Assembly: GCF_006345805.1 (NCBI RefSeq)
Contig: NC_043000.1
Coordinates: forward strand, 116,994,001-117,058,000
Direction of reading: 5' to 3'
Source: Octopus sinensis
Taxonomy: Eukaryota
Length of the DNA: 64,000 bases
Below the pieces are notes generated by a model, which was not told where the DNA came from, searched no databases, and saw nothing but the letters and a program-made list of their open reading frames with translations. The translations under genes and the position numbers were made by a program. This document shows positions 13,353-25,994 of this stretch, piece after piece (the first letter of the stretch is position 1; every line of letters starts with the position of its first letter).

Positions 13353-15267
13353 GGTTAATATAGGGCGTAACAAATATCAGAAAATCAAAACAAAAATGTG
13401 TGTAATAGGTGTAAAACAACTTCCTATGAACGAATATGAAAAAAAAAATTCGCGCACGCGAAAGGGGGGTGGGGGAGAGGCCTCGGAAAATTCACATCGG
13501 GAAGTTCCGAAAGCGTCTGAGGGGCTGACCCGGGCACCAAAACAAAAAAAAAATAGTGTAATATGTGTAAAACAACTTGCTCTAAACGAATATGACAAAA
13601 AAAAATGCGCTCTCGAGAAAGAGGGGTGGGGGAGAGGCCTCGGAATATTTATATCGGGAATTTCCGAAAGCGTCTTTACCGGGCACAAAAACAAAAACAA
13701 AAACAGCGTAATAGGTGTAAAACAACTTGCTCTAAACGACTATCATGAAATAAATGCGCGCTCGCGAAAGGGGGGTGGGGGAGAGGCTTCGGAAATTTCA
13801 CATCTTCAGTCCACGGCCTTTAAACTAAGAAAAAATAGTGTAATTGGTGTAAAACTACTTGTTCTAAACGAGTATCAAGAACACACACTCACACATGAAT
13901 CATAAACTCCGTATTTCGCAAAAAAAAAAAATAAAGAGAAGAAATTCTGGAAAAAGTGAAGAAATGTTGGATCTCATTCCTTGGTTAAAGCTATTTTAAA
14001 CATTAAATTTATGCTTTTCTTTGAAATAGTTCAGATATATGCAATTCTTCTCACTTATTAAGATGCATTTATCAGAAAAAAAGAGACAGAAAAAATTATT
14101 ATTTTGTGTCAATCCTTCCCTAATTATCCTTTATTAATTAGTTTTGGCGTGTATTTTTTTCCCAAATTTATTCTTTCACCTTTACAACACTGTTTAGTAA
14201 AGCAATTAATTATCTTTATAATTTGCATATTTGACTTATTAATCAAAATTCTCTAGATGTAATATATACTAAGTAATGCATCCTTCATTTATGTGTTCCG
14301 TTCTGTATTATGCATGCGTGACTGTTTGTATGTAAGTGTGTTTAACTGTGCACATGAATGTGAATATTAAAGAACATATTTATTTACTATGATTGTTATT
14401 TTCAGAACAAATAAATCTTTTGGCTGTTATGTTATTGATGTTATTATTATTGCTAGTTAAAGGGTGGTGACTTGGCTGAATATTTTGAGTCTTGTAGTAC
14501 GTAGTTGTGTTAGTCAATATTCTGAGTTCAAATCCAACTCATTTCTTTATCATCATTATCGATGGACCACTCAAAGAGGTATGTATACATTATCATTTTC
14601 GTAACATAATTTCTGTAGTATTTCAAGATGTTTCTGACACGTATTTTGATTCACATGGCGGAGATCCAACATTTCTTCACTTTTTCCAGAATTTCTTCTC
14701 TTTATTTTTTTTTTTTGCGAAATACGGAGTTTATGATTCATGTGTGAGTGTGTGTTCTTGATACTCGTTTAGAACAAGTAGTTTTACACCAATTACACTA
14801 TTTTTTCTTAGTTTAAAGGTGAAATTTCCGAAGCCTCTCCCCCACCCCCCTTTCGCGAGCGCGCATTTTTTTCATGATAGTCGTTTAGAGCAAGTTGTTT
14901 TACACCTATTACGCTATTTTTTTTTTGTTTTTGTGCCCGGTTCAGACGCTTTCGGAAATTCCCGATATAAATATTCCGAGGCCTCTCCCCCACCCCTCTT
15001 TCTCGAGAGCGCATTTTTTTTTTGTCATATTCGTTTAGAGCAAGTTGTTTTACACATATTACACTATTTTTTTTTTGTTTTGGTGCCCGGGTCAGCCTCT
15101 CAGACGCTTTCGGAACTTCCCGATGTGAATTTTCCGAGGCCTCTCCCCCACCCCCCTTTCGCGTGCGCGAATTTTTTTTTTCATATTCGTTCATAGGAAG
15201 TTGTTTTACACCTATTACACACATTTTTTTTTTGATTTTCTGATATTTGTTACGCCCTATATTAACC
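13353..15267. mobile_element. Non-autonomous foldback DNA transposon with modular long TIRs and 8-bp TSD
   Basis: TIRs 13353-13975 and 14661-15267 are near-identical inverted copies; TSD gtattttg at 13345-13352 and 15268-15275; no transposase. Confidence 0.93.
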
Positions 15268-16082
15268 GTATTTTGTTCGGCACAGTAACGATTCTGCTAA
15301 CTCGCCGCCCTATTTTGTTACTATTTAAAGATAATATTTTCATTGAGAGGACTGCTATTAATTAATGGGTATTTATGCAACAGAGCCTGGAGGCAACATA
15401 ATTTCCGACCTGGACATAGAGGTATGAACGTAAATATTATGGGGTTTAATCTGCGTCCATTTTCTTCTGATATCTTGTCAAACTTTATAATAGATAATAT
15501 AACGATCCTCCGCGGGAAACTATAAGCTATGTTAAGAAATCCCATCGGCATCTTTACGAACTTGCTCGACTCAACTAGAAAAGAAAACAAAAACAAAAGC
15601 AGCCATTTCCCCCTCACATCAAGGTATATGAGGTAATATGATCCAAGTGATGCAATGATAGGGAAGCTGATATGCATGGTCTCAACTGCAATATATTTGT
15701 GTTGCCTCCAGAGATTTCCAAACAGGAGATCGTAACACGTTAGCTTATTTCAGATAGCAATTAAGGATGGCGAGAGGTCCCCTCTGGAGTTCCACTGGAG
15801 TAAGTCTAGGTATCTCATACATTCAGCCTAATTACAAAGAGCGACGAAGTCTTCGAATCGTTGGAATCATTTGTTAACTGGAAACGAACTAACGTCAGAA
15901 TTTAGAATGATATCACCAAGTAATATAAGAATTATTCGTAAATATTGATTTCAAATTTTGGCACAAGGTCAGTAATTATGGCTGACGGGGTTGTCGATTA
16001 CATTGATCCCAGTGTTCATCTGCTACTAATTTTATCGACCCCGAAAGGAGTGAAAGGCAAAGTCTCTACGGAATGTGAACAT

Positions 16083-16242
16083 AGGCCTAAGAGTGGCTGT
16101 GTGGTAAGTAGCTTGTTTCCCTCATGGTTCCGGGTTCAGTCCCACAGCGTGGCACCTTGGGCAAGTGTTCTTTGCTATAGCCTCAGGCCGCTCAAACCCT
16201 TGTGAGTGGATTTAGTAGACGGAAAACGAAAGAAGCCGGTCG

Positions 16243-16299
<57 letters not shown>

Positions 16300-16591
16300 A
16301 TGTATATGTATGTGTGTGTGTGTGTGTGTGCATGTATATGTATGTATGTGTGTGTGTGTGTGTGTGCATGTATATGTATGTGTGTGTGTGTTTGTGTGTC
16401 TGTATTTGTCCTCTCAACATCGCTTGACAATCGATGCTGGTGTGTTTACCTCCCCGTAACTTAGCGGTTCGGCAAAAGAGACCGATAGAATAAGTACTAG
16501 GCTTACAAAGAATAAGTCCTGAGGGCGATTTGCTCGACTAAAGGCGGTGCTCCAGCATGACCACAGTCACATGACTGAAACAAGTAAAAGA
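16083..16591 (+). mobile_element. Family B SINE with ~150-bp internal microsatellite
   Basis: Head, CORE-like segment and 3' body all present. Confidence 0.92.
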
Positions 16592-16696
16592 CTTATGACG
16601 TGAAGACGGCTGAAATACCGCTAAACAGTTTCCCCCGCATGCTAACAATTCTGCCATCTCGCCGCCCTTCTTATCTTTAAATAGTAACAAAATATG

Positions 16697-16908
16697 AGGC
16701 GGCGAGTTAGCAGAATCGTTACTGTGCCGAACAAAATACTTAGCGGCATTTTGTCCTTCTTTAAATTCTGTGATTAAATGCTGCCAAGGTGGACTTTGCC
16801 TTTCATCATATCGGAGTCGATAAAAACGTACCAGTTGTGCACTGGGATCGATATATTCGAATTAACTCCTCTCAGAAATTGCTGGTCTTGTACCCGAATT
16901 TGAAACCA
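16697..16908 (+). mobile_element. Family A SINE (uninterrupted twin of the 13203/15268 copy)
   Basis: Shares private variants and the 5' flank with the split copy. Confidence 0.92.
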
Positions 16909-17846
16909 ATATTAATAAGCAAAATTTCTTATATCAGAGTACCTAGATAATGATAAATAAGCCTAATTATCTGTTACACAAAGCTGAATATAACCTATAT
17001 CTTGAGAGAGTAAACCCTTTCTTCTTACAATTCCATATGCTAGTCATAAAAGCATGTTATTATGAATAATTATGAATGACTTGTGGGCATATCTAAATGT
17101 TTTAGAATCATTTCTTTACATTTTATATGAAACAGAAACAAAATATCAGCACGCATATAATAACGAGAACAATGATGCCCACTGAATATACACATATATA
17201 CAAAACAAATATGCGCACACATACGCAGAGGCAAAGATATGATCGTTAATACACTGTGTTTACAAGCACATGTATGATCAAACAATAATACGAGTTATAA
17301 TGCACACACACACAGAGTCTCATACGTATATGATAATTTGATCATACACATTCGGTACAAATAGACACACCCATATGCACCTACATGATGTGTACAATAA
17401 TTAATGTCATTTAAATGGTTATTAAAATACTATTAGTTCAGCAACTCTATAGAAATTTTTTCATCTAATTAACTGCCTTTTGCGGCGTTGTATAAAGCGA
17501 AAGCAGTGGGCGGTAAGGAGAGTGTGTGGTGGATGATAATATATTTTGCTTGTGCTGGTTAATGGTTGAAGTAGGCTGAAAGAAATGAAAAGGTAACTTA
17601 CTAATAGTGGCTGTGAGGTATAGTATTAATCGAGATGTTATTTACGCTAGAAGTGATACAAATATGTTCGATCAACTGACTTACTAGTTCATTGATTTAG
17701 CTTGTCAGCGGCTGAGCATTCATTCTACGGACATGCGCACACTTTAAGTAATATTCAGTCAAATTAACGAGAAGCCATTAAAAATACTAAATAATGTTGA
17801 AATAAACTAGGCTCCATTCAGACAAATTTGGGGCAAATATAAAATT

Positions 17847-18185
17847 ATCATCACCATCATCATCATCATCGTTTAACGTCCGTTTTCTGTGCTAGCACGG
17901 GTTGGACGGTTCGACCGGGGTCTGGGAAGCCAGGAGGCTGCACCAGGCTCCAGTCTGCTCTGGCAGTGTTTCTACAGCTGGATGCCCTTCCTAACGCCAA
18001 CCACTCCGTGAGTGTAGTGGGTGCATTTTACGTGCTACCGGCACAGGTGCCAGGGGAGGCTGGCAGTGGCCACGATCGGTTGGTGCTTTTTACGTGCCAC
18101 CGGCACAGAAGCCAGTCAAGGCGGCGCTGGCATCGGCCATGCTCGGATGGTGCTTTTTACGTGCCACCGGCACAGGTATCACAAC
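17847..18185 (-). mobile_element. 3' end of an RTE-type LINE or SINE with (GAT)n tail
   Basis: Minus strand ggcgttaggaagggcatccagctgtagaaac...ggacgttaaacgatgatgatg, resembling RTE-clade 3' ends. Confidence 0.7.
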
Positions 18186-19773
18186 CAATAGAAATTTAAA
18201 ACATCTATTGCTCTCCATAATACAGAGTCCAGAAATTTGGTTAAGTGAGGAATGCTCCCAGACTAGCTTCAGTGTTTTCCTGGTTATCATTTTATTAACA
18301 CTGGAGAGATAAAAAGTAAAGGTAAAATTGACTCTAATCCCTGTCAGTGGAGCTTTCAATTTAAAATATAGTGGGTTGAAACTGAAATACAATAATGCGT
18401 AAAGGCCAACAACAGCCTACTGTCCCAACATGGTTAAATGGACAATAACCAAGCCAGCAGGTTAGGGAATGGCGTAAAGTAAGCCCGGCACAGATATAAT
18501 TTATTATAAGATCATATACTTAATACAAGATGGGCCAAAAATCACGCACAAATATTAAGTTCTATACTTTCCGGAATTGTCAGATATGCTTTAATTTTTC
18601 TAAAATAAAATAAAATAATGATGAATAAACACGTACTTGTACATGATGAACAATATAATAATAAGAAAAAATATATGTCACCCCCACGTTCTTGCCCTCT
18701 AAGTTCAAATCTCATCTAGTTCAACTTGTCTCATTCTGATAAAACAAAGACGTGATTTCACTGTTACCATCGACCGCAGAAATGGGCGAGTAGAAACTTT
18801 ATATTATCGAACCCCGAACGGAAGGAATATTATAAAGTATTACTTCTGGTTAACCCAGAACATTTTGGTGCAAGATTTTCAAGATATCCTATACATTTCT
18901 GATTTAAGAAAAGAAGCGGAATGGCAAAGCGAAAATACAAAAATATATTCGTATAAAGTACAGAAAAAAAATACATCAGATCTGAATCAAACAAAGTAGA
19001 TAACATAAGGAGATAAATTCTCAAAACTAAACAAAACAGGAAAGGAAATAAACATGTAAAAGAAAATATAAATTACGGGAATGCTAATAATAGTTTCACA
19101 TTTTTGCACAGGGACAGCATATTTTGAGAGGAAGGTGAAGTGCACAACTGTTACTTATTTTATCAACCCTACAATAATGAATGGTAATAAACTCTAATGA
19201 TAAACATAAAGTGGCTGAGAATATTACTGTACCTCTGGATATAATTTTTGTGTTGAGTATCTCCTCGCATCGTTTGAAAGTGTATTTTGAGTCTAACTTC
19301 ACTGAGTGTAATATAAAGTGTTCTTATGATAATATTGTAATAATGATCTTGGACGTTGCAGATGTTTCTGTATATTTAGAAATTATAGCAGGGCTGTGTG
19401 AATTAAAGCTTGCTAAAGCACCAGTTGTAATTTTCATATGAATAAATGGTGTTTTTCTTCAGTGCTTTGCGTCATTGGGTTAAAGGCACATTATTGTGAT
19501 CAGTAATGTAGCATCTTGTGGCGCAAATTTGTTAATTTGAGGTATTCATGATTTGGTATGAAACCTCAGGCTAGTCTATCGCAACTCGGACCCAGACTAT
19601 CACATTCTACATTCCAAAATATGAACCACCTCATATGGAAAACTTTAATCGAAGCTGAAGCACGCTGCGTCTGGAATAGATGATAGTAAATCGGAACAGG
19701 TTTCTATTCAACAGAAATGAGAGAAATACATTTTCTTAGGTCAATGAAAATTGCACTTTTAATGTATTTAATG

Positions 19774-20634
19774 TATTCAATTCTAAGATAAATTCATTCG
19801 TTTCTTTCCAATGTAATTTGAATTTACATTAAAAATATTTTTATCGTGGTGTTTTGAGGGGTGTTTTTGTAGTTCTTTTCTTTGTCTACAACATTTGTTA
19901 ATCGTTTTTCAAATTTGAATATATATTACCTGTTATGATAATGGAATGTCAGATAGAGAAAATTATGATCTTTTGACACCTCCTTCTCCTCGCTAAGGTT
20001 CCAAAGTTGTCAAAGCCATTCAAGATATTTGTGCTGAGTACAGAGCATGCGATATTACTGAAAGAGCTTCACGGAAATGGTTGTCACGCTTCAAGAAAGA
20101 GAAATTCCAGCCGATGTATTCTGTTCAAAAAGATCGATTGAACAAGATCATCCATGAGGATCCGCGCCATTACACTTGTGAAGTGGCCCAGTAAATGGAA
20201 TTCACTTATTATGCTGTCGTCCACTATCTTAACTCGATGTCTTAGGTCCAAACGGCCCAACCGGTGACAAGCCAATCACGACAAGTCTCGCTTGCCACCT
20301 CACTAATTTTACGAAAAAGAAACCCTATTGAAGAGTTTGGTTGGGAGGGTGACTCTCATCCAACCCATTCTCTTGATATAGCGCCTTCAGTTTAACCCCT
20401 TTTTTCGGTAGCTCTTTAGCAGATTGTGATGCGGTTCGTTCAACAATGACGGAACTGCAAACCTGGCTCGATAATGTCGCGATATTGACAAACTAGTGGA
20501 ATGTTGGCGAGAATTCGGGAACAATGTAGAAGAATATATTATTGACTTATTTATCAAAATTGCTTGTGAAAAATAAAAACTAAAACAAATAGAGCTAAAA
20601 ATAAAACACGAACGATTTATCTCACAACGAAATA
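19774..20634 (+). mobile_element. Internally deleted, decayed mariner transposon
   Basis: From 19941: MECQIEK..KAIQDICAEY..ERASRKWLSRFKKEKF..DRLNKIIHEDPR..FGWEG.SHPTHSLDIAPS..KLVECWRE..EEYIID; degenerate TIRs at both ends. Confidence 0.88.
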
Positions 20635-21554
20635 GTTTAGTCGTTTTAACAAAGTATAACTTTTATAAGTTTTTTTTTCTGAAAATGAATCAAATTTAGA
20701 AAGTAACGTTCGGTAATCGTTTGTCCAGCGCTGTAACACAAGACATAGAATAAGTCATGTCAAAATGGACGCCTGGTTTCAATCCAGGTAGAATTCATTT
20801 TTATGTCGTTTACACCAGAGCCACGTGGACATCACGCCATCCGTTTCTAATACACTAGAATATAATGCCTTGCAAACAAGCAACACAAGACAAATCATTA
20901 ATATTCACAGCTGTTTCATACGTAGAAAGATGAGCAGACATAAGCAAGAAACACAATTATACATGTATGATTTGAAACGGTGAAGACACGTGACATTATA
21001 GTCTAGAGGCAAGACGACACCAGAAAATATACACTTGCATAGTGAGATTTGAAAATAAGAAATGATTGATGCAGATACATATATACACACAGATACACAA
21101 TCTCCGAACAAATAGCATCGAATACAGACATGTTCACAAACTCATATAAGCACACATACATACATATACGAATACATAAACACTCATTCACGTTCGGACG
21201 TGCACTGAATCATGTTCTGTTTGTGCGTCTAGCATTGTATAGATGGTGATGAGACGGCTTCTGCTTCCACCTCCCACGACTAGACTCCAAGTCTCACTCA
21301 CATCTTCATAATCAATATTCTCCAGGCATCATCCCCATCAATATCATCACCCTCATCCTCATCATTATCACTGACGCCGCTGCCACTATCACTATCACCG
21401 TAACCGTCACCATCCTCATCAACATCATCCCCCCACGACCAACACTATCATAATCGTCGTCGTCGTTGTCATCGACAATAAGGGTGGCGGCAACAATATG
21501 ATTTTGCTAACATTATCAGCTCTATAATCAACATTTCCATAATCACCACTGCCA

Positions 21555-21557
21555 ACG

Positions 21558-21594
<37 letters not shown>

Positions 21595-21595
21595 A

Positions 21596-21632
<37 letters not shown>

Positions 21633-21682
21633 AAAAAAGTAATGATGATAATAATAATAATAATAACAATCATAATAATAAC

Positions 21683-21728
<46 letters not shown>

Positions 21729-21730
21729 TA
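21555..21730. repeat. (TAC)n then (TAA)n microsatellites within a (CAT)-rich low-complexity tract
   Basis: Direct reading. Confidence 0.95.
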
Positions 21731-22282
21731 GTTTGACTTTTGAAAACACGACCGCCCCCTCTCAGCATCATAACCATCTATTACTTTCTTGACCAGCGGA
21801 GTCAGAATCTTTCCATTCCATCATCATAATTTATCATGACAATTGCCACTATCAATAAAGATCTTCATCACGATTTTTAAATTCCCCACCACAATTATCC
21901 GCCTCCACCATCACAACCAACATTATAACCATCGAGTGATCAACTATAATCAGAATTTACAATCATCACCATCGAGAAAAAAAAAAAAGAAAAGAGAAAT
22001 ACTATTGCGACAACCCCAAGTGCCGACTCTGTCATCTCCATCACAAACATTAACACTGTCACCACCAACATTACAATGAAACTTCGGCATGTAACTCACA
22101 TTCACAACCATTATCTCTTCCATTACAATTTTAACAACCAGTTAGTTATTATACGTTTATTTTCACGAATGTTGTAGAAATGGAAACTGGTGGATCTTAC
22201 GCCTCTTTTGGGATTGTTATCAGTGCAAATAACATGAGACAGCGTCAACAAAACATAAATTTGCCTCGGATCATTTTCATGC

Positions 22283-22508
22283 TTACTCTCTTTTACTCTC
22301 TTTTATTTGTTTCAGTTATTTGACCCCGGCCATGCTAGAGCATCGCCTTTAGTCGAGCAAATCAACCCAGGACTTATTCTTTGGAAGCCTGGTACTTATT
22401 CTATCGGTCTCTTTTGCCGAACCGCTAAGTTACGGGAACGTAAACACACCAGCATCGGTTGTCAAGCGATGTTGATGGGACAAACACAGACACAAAACAC
22501 ATATAATT

Positions 22509-22539
<31 letters not shown>

Positions 22540-22615
22540 GATAAATACATTCATACATATATATATATATATAAGACGGGCTTCTTCCAGTTTCTGTCTA
22601 CCAAATCCACTCACA
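22283..22615 (-). mobile_element. Family B SINE, 5' truncated
   Basis: 3' body, internal microsatellite and part of CORE-like segment. Confidence 0.88.
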
Positions 22616-22850
22616 CGTCTTGGAATGGGAAATTATTCCACCCAAAGAGTGGCTTAAACAGCAAGAGGGGAGGACGGTGGTGTTGAGAACGTATTCGAAG
22701 GTTCGCGACGCCATTGCCGTCTTCTCCAAGCAGCTGATCGAAGAGGAGTTGAGAGAGTATCTGCCAACAATTAAATACATTTATATGAGTGGGGGGTAAA
22801 GTACGCACCGGTGTAGTTGATATTTAAAAACAAAGAGATGCATGTTAAAT

Positions 22851-23084
22851 ATATTTCTTTACTACCCACAAGGGGCTAAATATAGAGGGGACAAACGAGG
22901 ACAGACAAAGGGATTAAATCGATTACATCAACCCCAGTGCGTAAGTGTTACTTAATTTATCGATCCCGAAAGGATGAAAGGCAAAGTCGACCTCGGCGGA
23001 ATTTGAACTCAGAACGTAGCGGCAGATGAAATATTGCTAAGCATTTCGCCCGGCTTGCTAACGTTTCTGTCAGCTCGCCGCCTT
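22851..23084 (-). mobile_element. Family A SINE, full length
   Basis: Head aaggcggcgagctgacagaaacgttagc through tail gtagtaaagaaat. Confidence 0.93.
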
Positions 23085-24018
23085 CTTGTCGCTTACAATG
23101 GCCGCCCATAATGCTATCGCAAATATTTAATCATTATCGTCAATTTGTCCCGTATGACCTCCCATTCTTCTTCTAATGACGCATCCACCACATTTACAGT
23201 AACACCACCCATATCCCACGTACCAGGTGCACGACCATTTCATCCACTTCTGCTATTGTCAATATGTCTGCCATAGACATTCTTGTTGTGGCTGTTACAT
23301 CTGCTTTTGCTTTTGTTGTTGTTGTTAAGAGTAGGTCAATCCTGTTCGATGTTCAAAAGACCTTCCCCTGTGTCCCTCTTTTTTTTTTTGTATTTCAGAT
23401 CGCATCAGCCATTGATATTTCTTGTTTGTAAGTCAGCAAAGCTGTCATTTTAAGAAGATATATTAGCCATAAATAGCAAATCTCGTGAAACGCAAGATAC
23501 TCCGTTGTTGCCTCGAGAGTACACCAGGCTTTGTGTATGCGTTATTCAATTGTTTAAAAGTTTCGCCCACACTTTTGAAGCAACAACCACAGCAGAGCAG
23601 CAGTTTTCAGTTTCAGTAACACTGTCAATATAGTATCCTATTATGATGACAGTAGTACAATCACTATAGTACAATAAGCAATTCAGTTCCCATCTGTACA
23701 AGCGAAGAATGACCGATACGATATTTTCATATAGGCAAAATTATGCACGCTTTCCTTTAAGAATATTGTAATACATTTTCATTACCAAAATGATAAATAG
23801 TCAAGTGTATGGATTGCACATTATCTTAAATGTGTCTATAAACTTGTATCGTTAATATAACTTATTTTGAATGACGATCCGTGCTACAGGCTTCTGTACA
23901 ATATCTACTGGCATCTTTTTGTAAATTCACATCTCCACAATCAATGATCAAAAGGACTTATTAAAATCTGCAAGCCTTGATAAGCCACTGAGATACTAAC
24001 AAACAATTCACTGAGCTG

Positions 24019-24452
24019 GGATCTTTTCGGTTTGAACGACAGTTTTTTAAAAATAATTTCCACGTAACTAAACACTTTTCAACTTCGTATACTGGTAGAA
24101 TGTGTTTATAAAACATCTTTTTCTCTTGGCTTTATTGAGAAAATTCTATAGTTTGTGAGATATTTGTTGTTTTTTTCCTTCAATTTCTGCAATTACAACC
24201 AATCAATGACGTCTATTGAGGTGAAAACATTTTGTGCCGTATGAATATGCCCCTCGTTTAAGAAACAGATTGGGTTTATTTACATTTGTGAAGAAAAAAA
24301 GATACCCTTCCCCCTACCCCTAACCCTAACCCTAACTAACCCTAACTGTAAAAGACATTGAAATGCAATAGATCGATACTAGGGTCGTAATTATGGGTGA
24401 CAATTTCATATGACACCGCTAGAAAAAACTGCCGTTCAAACCGAAAAGATCC
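24019..24452. mobile_element. Complete 434-bp MITE, GG termini, 8-bp TSD
   Basis: TIR ggatcttttcggtttgaacg(a/g)cagtttttt; TSD ctgagctg at 24011-24018 and 24453-24460. Confidence 0.95.
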
Positions 24453-24565
24453 CTGAGCTGTAGTAATTTTAACTACAGATTCTGCATAAAAATTAAATAC
24501 CGAATTTTATGATTAACGTCAATGAATCTTCAGAGATATTGATGATTATTAGTTGGTTATTAGCG

Positions 24566-24754
24566 TAAGGCGGCGAGCTGACAGAATCGTTAGCAAGTCC
24601 GTCCTCACGGTCTGAGTTCAAATTGGGGCCAAAGCTGATTTTGACTTTCAACCTTTCGGAGTCTATAAAATAAGTACCAGTTTAGCACTGGCGTCCATCT
24701 AACCGACTTATCTCAGCCCTCGAAATTGCTAGCCGTGTGCAAAATTTTGAAACT
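24566..24754 (+). mobile_element. Family A SINE, degenerate
   Basis: Head taaggcggcgagctgacagaatcgttagc and gaaattgc...aaaattttgaaac tail. Confidence 0.8.
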
Positions 24755-24993
24755 GGCATTGGTTATTACCTTACCATCTCAATTAGCCTTAATAAACAAA
24801 TAGAAAATGTTTCCCACCACTGCTGTGTTGAGGACTCATTCTCATTGTTCAACATTCACACACACACACATGCACATGCACGCACATATACATACATATA
24901 TTATATGTACATAATATATATACTATATATACATACACATGTATATTTGTATATATGTACATTCATACATACATACATACATGCATACACATA

Positions 24994-25317
24994 GGAGCAC
25001 TCCGTCGGTTACGACGACGAGGGTCCCAGCTGATACGATCAACGGAACGGCTTGCTCGTGGAATTAACGTGCAAGTGACTGAGCACTGCACAAACACGTG
25101 TACCCTTAACGTAGTTCTCAGGGAGATTCAGCGTGACACAGAGTGTGACAAGGCCGGCCCTTTGAAATACAGGTACACCTCATTTTTGCCAGCTGAGTGG
25201 ACTGGAGCAACGTGAAATAAAGTGTCTTGCTCAAGGACACAACGCATCGCCGGGAATCGAACTCACGACCTTACAATCGTCAGCCGAATGCCCTAACCAC
25301 TAAGCCATGCGCCTTCA
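24994..25317 (-). mobile_element. SINE: C head + C tail
   Basis: Reverse complement matches 5968-6264 and 30564-30870. Confidence 0.92.
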
Positions 25318-25994
25318 CTGCATACACATACATACGTACAGACGGACGTATAAATAGTACATTCATAAATAGTACATATATGACAGGGTTCCACTCAGTT
25401 TTTGTCTTTCAAATTCCACTCGTAAATCATTAGCCAAATCCGAAATTGAAGTAGAAGACATGTCCCCGAGGTTCTGTGCAGTGGGGTCGAAACTGAAACC
25501 CCACTCTGGAAAATTGAACTTATTTACATACCGTGTACATTTGTGACTTTATTTTAATAAATACAGAACGTACAAAGAAAAGCAAATACAACACTGAAAC
25601 TTGCTGCATCTTCTTTCTTAGGAATCTGGAAATTTACATAAAGATTCGTCGTTATTTTCTGAAGGAAGATTGCAAGGTATTTTATGCGTGTGTTTATGCG
25701 TGTGAATATGGTCTATGTGTGTATGTGTGTGTGTGTGTGTGTATATGTATTTCTTTTTTACTCTTTTAAGCTTTCAGTCATTTGACTGCGGCCATGCTGG
25801 AGCACCGCCATTAGTCGAAGAAATTGACCCCAGGACTTATTCTTTGTAAGCCTAGTACATATTGTGTCGGTATATTTTGCCGAACCGCTAATTTAGGGAG
25901 ACGTAAACACACCAGTATCGGTTGTCAAGTGAGGGTAGGAGGACAGACACAGACACAAAGCCAGACACCCATAAATATATATATATATATTTGA

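Noticed and set aside
13396-13905. 169-aa ORF and its mirror at 14808-15224 with repeated NSVIGVKQL motifs
   Set aside because: They translate the foldback TIR subunits and show no transposase motifs
24310-24350. (CCCTAA)n as an interstitial telomere or fusion site
   Set aside because: Only two to three units, present at the same position in all three MITE copies
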